DNA of 53,027 nt, filler included, from Circinaria calcarea (Eukaryota): assembly GCA_051942165.1 (NCBI GenBank). It is 3 parts of 3 records of this genome, joined end to end, with 100 filler letters (N's around TTAATTAATTAA, not from the genome) between each part and the next. Parts side by side here need not be neighbours in the genome. Positions count along the whole stretch, not along the records: positions 35,453 to 53,027 come from JAVECS010000264.1; 2 more parts are not named here. One strand, given 5' to 3'. Below the pieces are notes generated by a model that did no database searches, was not told the DNA's origin, and saw only the letters and a program-made list of their open reading frames with translations. Positions 48,182 through 53,027 of this stretch are shown here, one piece after another; within the stretch, counting starts at the first letter, position 1; every line of letters begins with the position of its first letter. Made by a program: the position numbers and the translations under genes.

Positions 48182-49788
48182 ACCGGCTTTTTAAGATGGC
48201 GTTGTAGAGATAACTAGTCAATCCAGAACGGTATATTAGCCAGGACGCAGGTTTCGGGAAGAATCAAGGCAGAACAGCTCCCGCGATACCTTCTTACTCA
48301 AGGTTCGAGGATTAGGAAAATAGAGAGGGGATCTCTTGCCCAGATAGTAGCCACTCCAAGATATATTCTATACCGTAGGCAAAAAATCTTGGCCCCAGAA
48401 CCATGACTGGACTGGCACCCCGCCCTAGATTCCTCCATGTATGGCGGCTTCTGTCGCGTTGTTGGCGCTGAAGCTTGAAAGGCTATCTTATGCTCCGGCC
48501 ACCGAGGGTATAAACTTCGTGATTTGTAGATAATCGCAGCAAGCAAGGCTGCCAATTGGGGGGTTCAGTTTTCCCTTGTTATGCTCGATGGATGTTAGGT
48601 AGGCCCGGAATAACAGTGCTCCCAGCCAATCAATACTCGTCTGCCCCTGCCTGGCTTTACATAGCTCCATTGTGCATCCACAACGGAGCTATGTTATGCT
48701 AGTGGACCTAGTGTGGCCAATACGAATGCACAGTTTCTGCCAGCTTGCCCCCCGTGAACCCCAAATAGTTCATCCTTACAGTGCAGGCCGGGAAATGCGA
48801 GCTCAAAAGAAGCGCGTATATGTGGCCCGTGGCGTACATATATGGCGCTCTGGACACAAATCGAGGTCTAGAGCGGCGTGTTTGAAACCGATGAATATGA
48901 ATTGAAATTTGGACCATGCCTATCAAGCACAGGTCCTGGGCCAACAAGTGCCAATAGGTGCCAATTGTGGAAGATTGAAACATGCCGTGAGCTTTGACAC
49001 TGGTATCTTCCACCGGCCCCCAGCTGATCTACCATTGGAAGAGAGACGGTTTCGGCATCTTGGCCACTATGTCTCCCACCGATCAGGGTCTGCCATTGTT
49101 GGTCGAGTTGATTATTGAACGTGTTTGAATGAGGAACCTGGACTGAGGAGTATCTCTTAATCCCGAAGATGACGTTGTTACCAACCAAGATTCCGCCAGG
49201 CCCTTGAGATAATTATGCTTTTGTTCAGACTGATACTACCATGCACTGGCTGTCCGAGCTACTTTTCGATTTTTTCGCCTTGATGTTCTGAAGACAGGAG
49301 TACTCTTCTGGACGAAGCGCTGGACAGTATACCCTTGACCGGGTCCATCTTACAATCAAGCGGAAAGCATTGGCACGCCGAGGCCAAGGCTACGCTATAT
49401 CACACTCACGCACGAACGCGGATGCAGCTTTGACTCCAGCATCACGACACAATGGGGTTCAGCTGCAGGAGAAGAGCTTACAAGTATTGTCGCCCAGCGA
49501 TATTGCCATCTATTGTGAATACCCTAACATGAGCATTCAGGGGCTGCGGTCATTAAAACTGCAGTAAGTCGTAGCGAGCTTATGAATATGGGTGGTCCAG
49601 AGCTTATTGCATTCCTGATGCTCAAAATGCAAGGCCGTAGCAGCTCTTACAGAGTGAGATAAAGTAAGGTCTTTGGTGGGACAAGCATGAAAGATCGACC
49701 TCTCCCATCAACGTGTGTCTGTTACTCTAAACCCTCACCAATAGTGGTGCATATAGAGTGAGAACGTCTGTCTTTCAAACCAAGGACC

Positions 49789-50801
49789 TTATGCCACCAG
49801 CATGGCCTTGATTGTTCCCGATGCCTTACTACTCCGCACTGACAGTTCTCGAGCTATCCCGGCTCCAGCATTCGCTCCCATCAACAAAGCCATAGGTATG
49901 ATCTTGAAGGCAGATGCACAGTCGCCTGCCGCAAATACGCCAGGTGTATTGGTATGGAAGAATGGAGGCTTGTTGACGATGTCCCTTCTCGCGTCCAGCT
50001 CGAGATCAAGCTGATCGACCAGTGAAAGGTTTATCTTTGCTACCGGCTGATGCACCAAGAAACATTCCACTCTGTTTCCTCCATTCAGTTCGACGATTAT
50101 GGTGCTACCATTTCCCTTTAGACCCGAGATCTTTCTGTTCTCGATCCGAGCTCCGGTCTCCTTGATCGCCACTTCCATCTCCTTAGCCAGCGAAGCATTA
50201 CCATCGGTGTATACAGTTACTTGTTTTGCAAACTTGAGCGTATCATCCACCACCAGCGCAGTATGCAGCGGGCTGGCCAGAGCCTCGCGATCAAGCAGCC
50301 CTGCGTTTGCAGCTCCGCGGTGCTCATACCCAAAGGTGAACATACAATGAAATCTGCCAGTGTCAGCCTTTAAGCTCAAGATGCACATATCGCTTGATAT
50401 AATTACATTCCCTCTGGATAGTTTTCCACGTAGCCGGGAATGTCTGGGAACACGTTGTGCTTCCCAGCCGTGATGAGGAGCTTCTTCCCTGCTCAATGCT
50501 CGCCCCCTGAATCCACGATTTCAAAGCTAAAGTCAGTTCTCTTGACCTCCCGAGCCTCGCTCTCCCTGAATGCCACGAGGCCAGTCTCCAGAAGCTCCTT
50601 CCGCGTGGCTGCGCGAAGGTCTTCAGCGTTGCGTCCCTCTCATCCTGTCAGTATGTGTGTAGGTGTAGCTCAGGCATCTCGAGGACGCTGAGTGTCGAAA
50701 ATAAGGGATGTGTGCATTTGACGATACATCGTCAGGGCAGCTGAAAGGCCCGCATGTCCTCCGCCCACAATGAGAACATCTTAGACCTCTCCGATTGCCA
50801 T
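49789..50801 (-). pseudogene. GliT-like FAD-dependent thioredoxin-reductase-fold oxidoreductase with a CMFT (CxxT) motif
   Basis: DVLIVGGGHAGLSAA, FPDIPGY, FHCMFTFGYE and TNTPGVFAAGDCAS. Four in-frame stops in exon 1, three of them TGA at apparent Trp positions. Confidence 0.85.
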
Positions 50802-51027
50802 GTTGCCATAGTCTGTCCTGGGCAACGAAGAAGGCCCAAAGCTACCTTGTGTAGAAGGGGTGTTATCGGGCTCCGAGAAATTAAACCCGATGCAACCAAG
50901 ATTCTTTCATTCCCTTAGATGACTCAATTTCATACATCTGAAAGCATTCCTCTCGGAGGCACCATTAAACTAATTCCTTTCAAAATTTCACGTTTAACAA
51001 ATTCCATTTCAGCACTTTCACTTCATT

Positions 51028-51703
51028 ATGGCAACCGTTGACGTCCTCGTTATCGGAGGAGGACCAGCAAGTCTGACTGCGGCTACGGCATTAGTCCGTC
51101 AGCTTCATACTGTCATGGTCTTCGACTCTGGTAGTTTTGGGAACAGTATGTCTAAGCATATGCACAACATGCCAACATGGGACCATCGAGACCCAGGCGG
51201 ATTCTGGGCGGTCGCGAAAAAAGATCTGCTGTCGAAATACACCACTGCAATTTTCCACGATATAGAGATTCAGCCTCATGGAGGTGCCAGGTAGATTCGA
51301 GGCTCGCGCTGCCAGCGGCGAGACGTGGAGAGTCAAGAAATTTATCCTTGCGACTGGAGTTGCCGACAAATACCCCGATATCGATGGTTACGCAGATTGC
51401 TGGGGTAAACGCATGTAAGTGTTATCTATTCTCATCCCCCCTCCCTTGTATACTTATTAAACTGCCAATTGATCAAGGATTTTAATTATCACTGTTTGTT
51501 CTGCCACGGCTATGAGGAAAGGGGCGGCGCCTCCGCCGCCGTCCAGATGTGCGCCACTCCGCATTTCGCATTGTATCTTACCCGCAACGCCGCCCAGTTT
51601 GCGCAGTTGGTAACCATATCGCGGCGGTGGGCGAAAATCCTTATATTACGGCGGATAGTCGCTCTATTAAGCGCCTTGCTATAGGCGAAGAAGGAAAAAT
51701 TGT
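51028..51703 (+). pseudogene. GliT-like dithiol oxidase with canonical CLFC motif, frameshifted and truncated by a TIR element
   Basis: DVLVIGGGPA, HMHNMPTWDHRDP, ILATGVADKYPDIDGYADCWG and HCLFCHGYEERG. The C-terminal GD motif is absent after 51703. Confidence 0.85.
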
Positions 51704-52595
51704 CGGCGAATTACTAAACTACCCCTTGTAAATCCCTGTATTTACTATTCTGCTGCATTTATCCATGTAATTGGCATCTTACTGAAATGCCCCATGTCAC
51801 CCCCCTGGCCACCACCTCTACGCCCTCCGATTGGTCTAATTGACCTCGCCGTCGCCTCTCTCAATTGCTCTGCTGTCGCCGTGCTGGAAGGCTGGGTAGA
51901 AGTCGAATTGGACTTGGTGTTGAAAGGGGTTAAGAGCATGGAATACAACGTTGAAAGGCTGGGTTTGAGTCATATTGGACTCGGTTTTGGAAGGGTTTAA
52001 GAGCTTGGAATTGCGATATACTGTACTACTATCTAAGATAGCTACGGTCGTAAAATGCAAGCGATTTATCGTCTGTTTTTATGTATTCTCTCCTCCCTCG
52101 CTGTCCTGAATCGACACGTTTGGCGATTCAGGATAGCGAGGGATTTGGGCGTGTTTCTCTGAAAAAACGCGTGTAAAAAGGGCTATAGTGCACGGGAAAG
52201 TCGATTTTTGCAGTGGAGGTTGGTTTTTCGCAATGGACGCTTGTTTATCCTCTTTCCCGTGCTTTATAGGCCATTTTATACGTGATTCTTTGGAGAAACT
52301 TCATGGAAATGTCGGAAATTGCGAAAATTTCGGTGTGATTGAGGGTATACGAAGACATGGAATTCGTGAGTCACTTAGTGACAGCGAGGTATGGCCATAG
52401 GTAGTCTATATTATTCTAGGGAGGTCTACTAGCGATCTATAGGGGGGTATTATAATTTCAGGGGCCATATGCATGTGGCGTCACATTAAGCATGAGTATG
52501 GCAAGGGGTAATTAAGTAAAATGCTATTTATATGGATAAAACAGTTTAGCCGAGTAAATACAGGGATTTACAAGGGGTAGTTTAGTAATTCGCCG
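51704..52595. mobile_element. Non-autonomous DNA transposon (MITE-like, about 890 bp) with long terminal inverted repeats
   Basis: Perfect 43-bp inverted repeat at 51704-51746 / 52553-52595 (CGGCGAATTACTAAACTACCCCTTGTAAATCCCTGTATTTACT), extending imperfectly to about 95 bp. No transposase ORF and no TSD seen. Confidence 0.8.
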
Positions 52596-53027
52596 CAATA
52601 AATACCCCTACGACCAAAATATTAATTATGAGAAGATTATTTAAGCGAAATACCATACGGTTATTCAACATACATATGTGTGAGGCCGTAGAGTACTTTA
52701 CTTAAAAAGTATCTAAAGCTAAGGTATGTGGTAATATGAGGCACGAGTAATACGATGGCTATACGCAGTATGTGCGAGAACTAATTATTATAGAAGAAGA
52801 AGTGTGCGAGTGAAAGGTTTTCACTATACGCCAAGACGCCAAGTAAGCGAGGTATCGCCACCCCCTGACCGTAGAGCTTGACAGGAGGAGACTTGGTGGG
52901 AAAAATCACGAGCCTACGCTACCTACCTAAAGCAGCAGACACAGAGAGAGAGACACATCCCAAGGAGAATTTAGCCACAACCTAAACATTTCCAGTTTTC
53001 TGCGGTATTTTTTTGGGGGGTTGGGGG

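Noticed and set aside
48300..49700. Possible additional decayed cluster gene between the NRPS and the oxidoreductase
   Set aside because: Coding-like composition, but I could not recognise any family motif; blastx is needed.
35453..53027. Starship or other giant cargo element carrying the cluster
   Set aside because: No tyrosine-recombinase captain or boundary repeats are visible. Helitron capture is also unsupported because the Helitron termini could not be defined.

Overview
Intron-containing filamentous ascomycete (Pezizomycotina) DNA. It consists of three contigs joined by artificial 100-nt linkers (44 N + TTAATTAATTAA + 44 N, at 17657-17756 and 35353-35452). Contigs 1-2 hold housekeeping genes: a partial Cys-rich hypothetical gene, a spastin/Sap1-Yta6-type AAA ATPase, mitoferrin MRS3/4, ATG9, COG6, BolA, NIF3, a Prx5/Ahp1 peroxiredoxin 3' fragment, DSK2, a conserved hypothetical gene, a NAM8/NGR1-type 3xRRM gene, a BOI/Pob1 SH3-SAM-PH gene and an SP-RING (MIZ) zinc finger gene. 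Contig 3 is accessory and decayed. It carries a RIP-damaged Helitron, a probable LTR, a non-autonomous element with long TIRs, and a pseudogenised diketopiperazine/ETP-type cluster (GliN-like methyltransferase, GliC-like P450, T-C-A-T-C NRPS, and two divergent GliT-like flavoproteins, one with CxxT instead of CxxC). The most striking signal is at the 3' end of the NAM8-like gene. Removing a 55-nt intron creates both a stop codon (AAG|TAA) and a new GTAAGA donor, which splices in frame to a distal coding exon. This is a candidate [D1,2] spliceosomal twin intron acting as a two-isoform switch in a probable 5' splice-site regulator. All calls come from reading the sequence; no searches were run.
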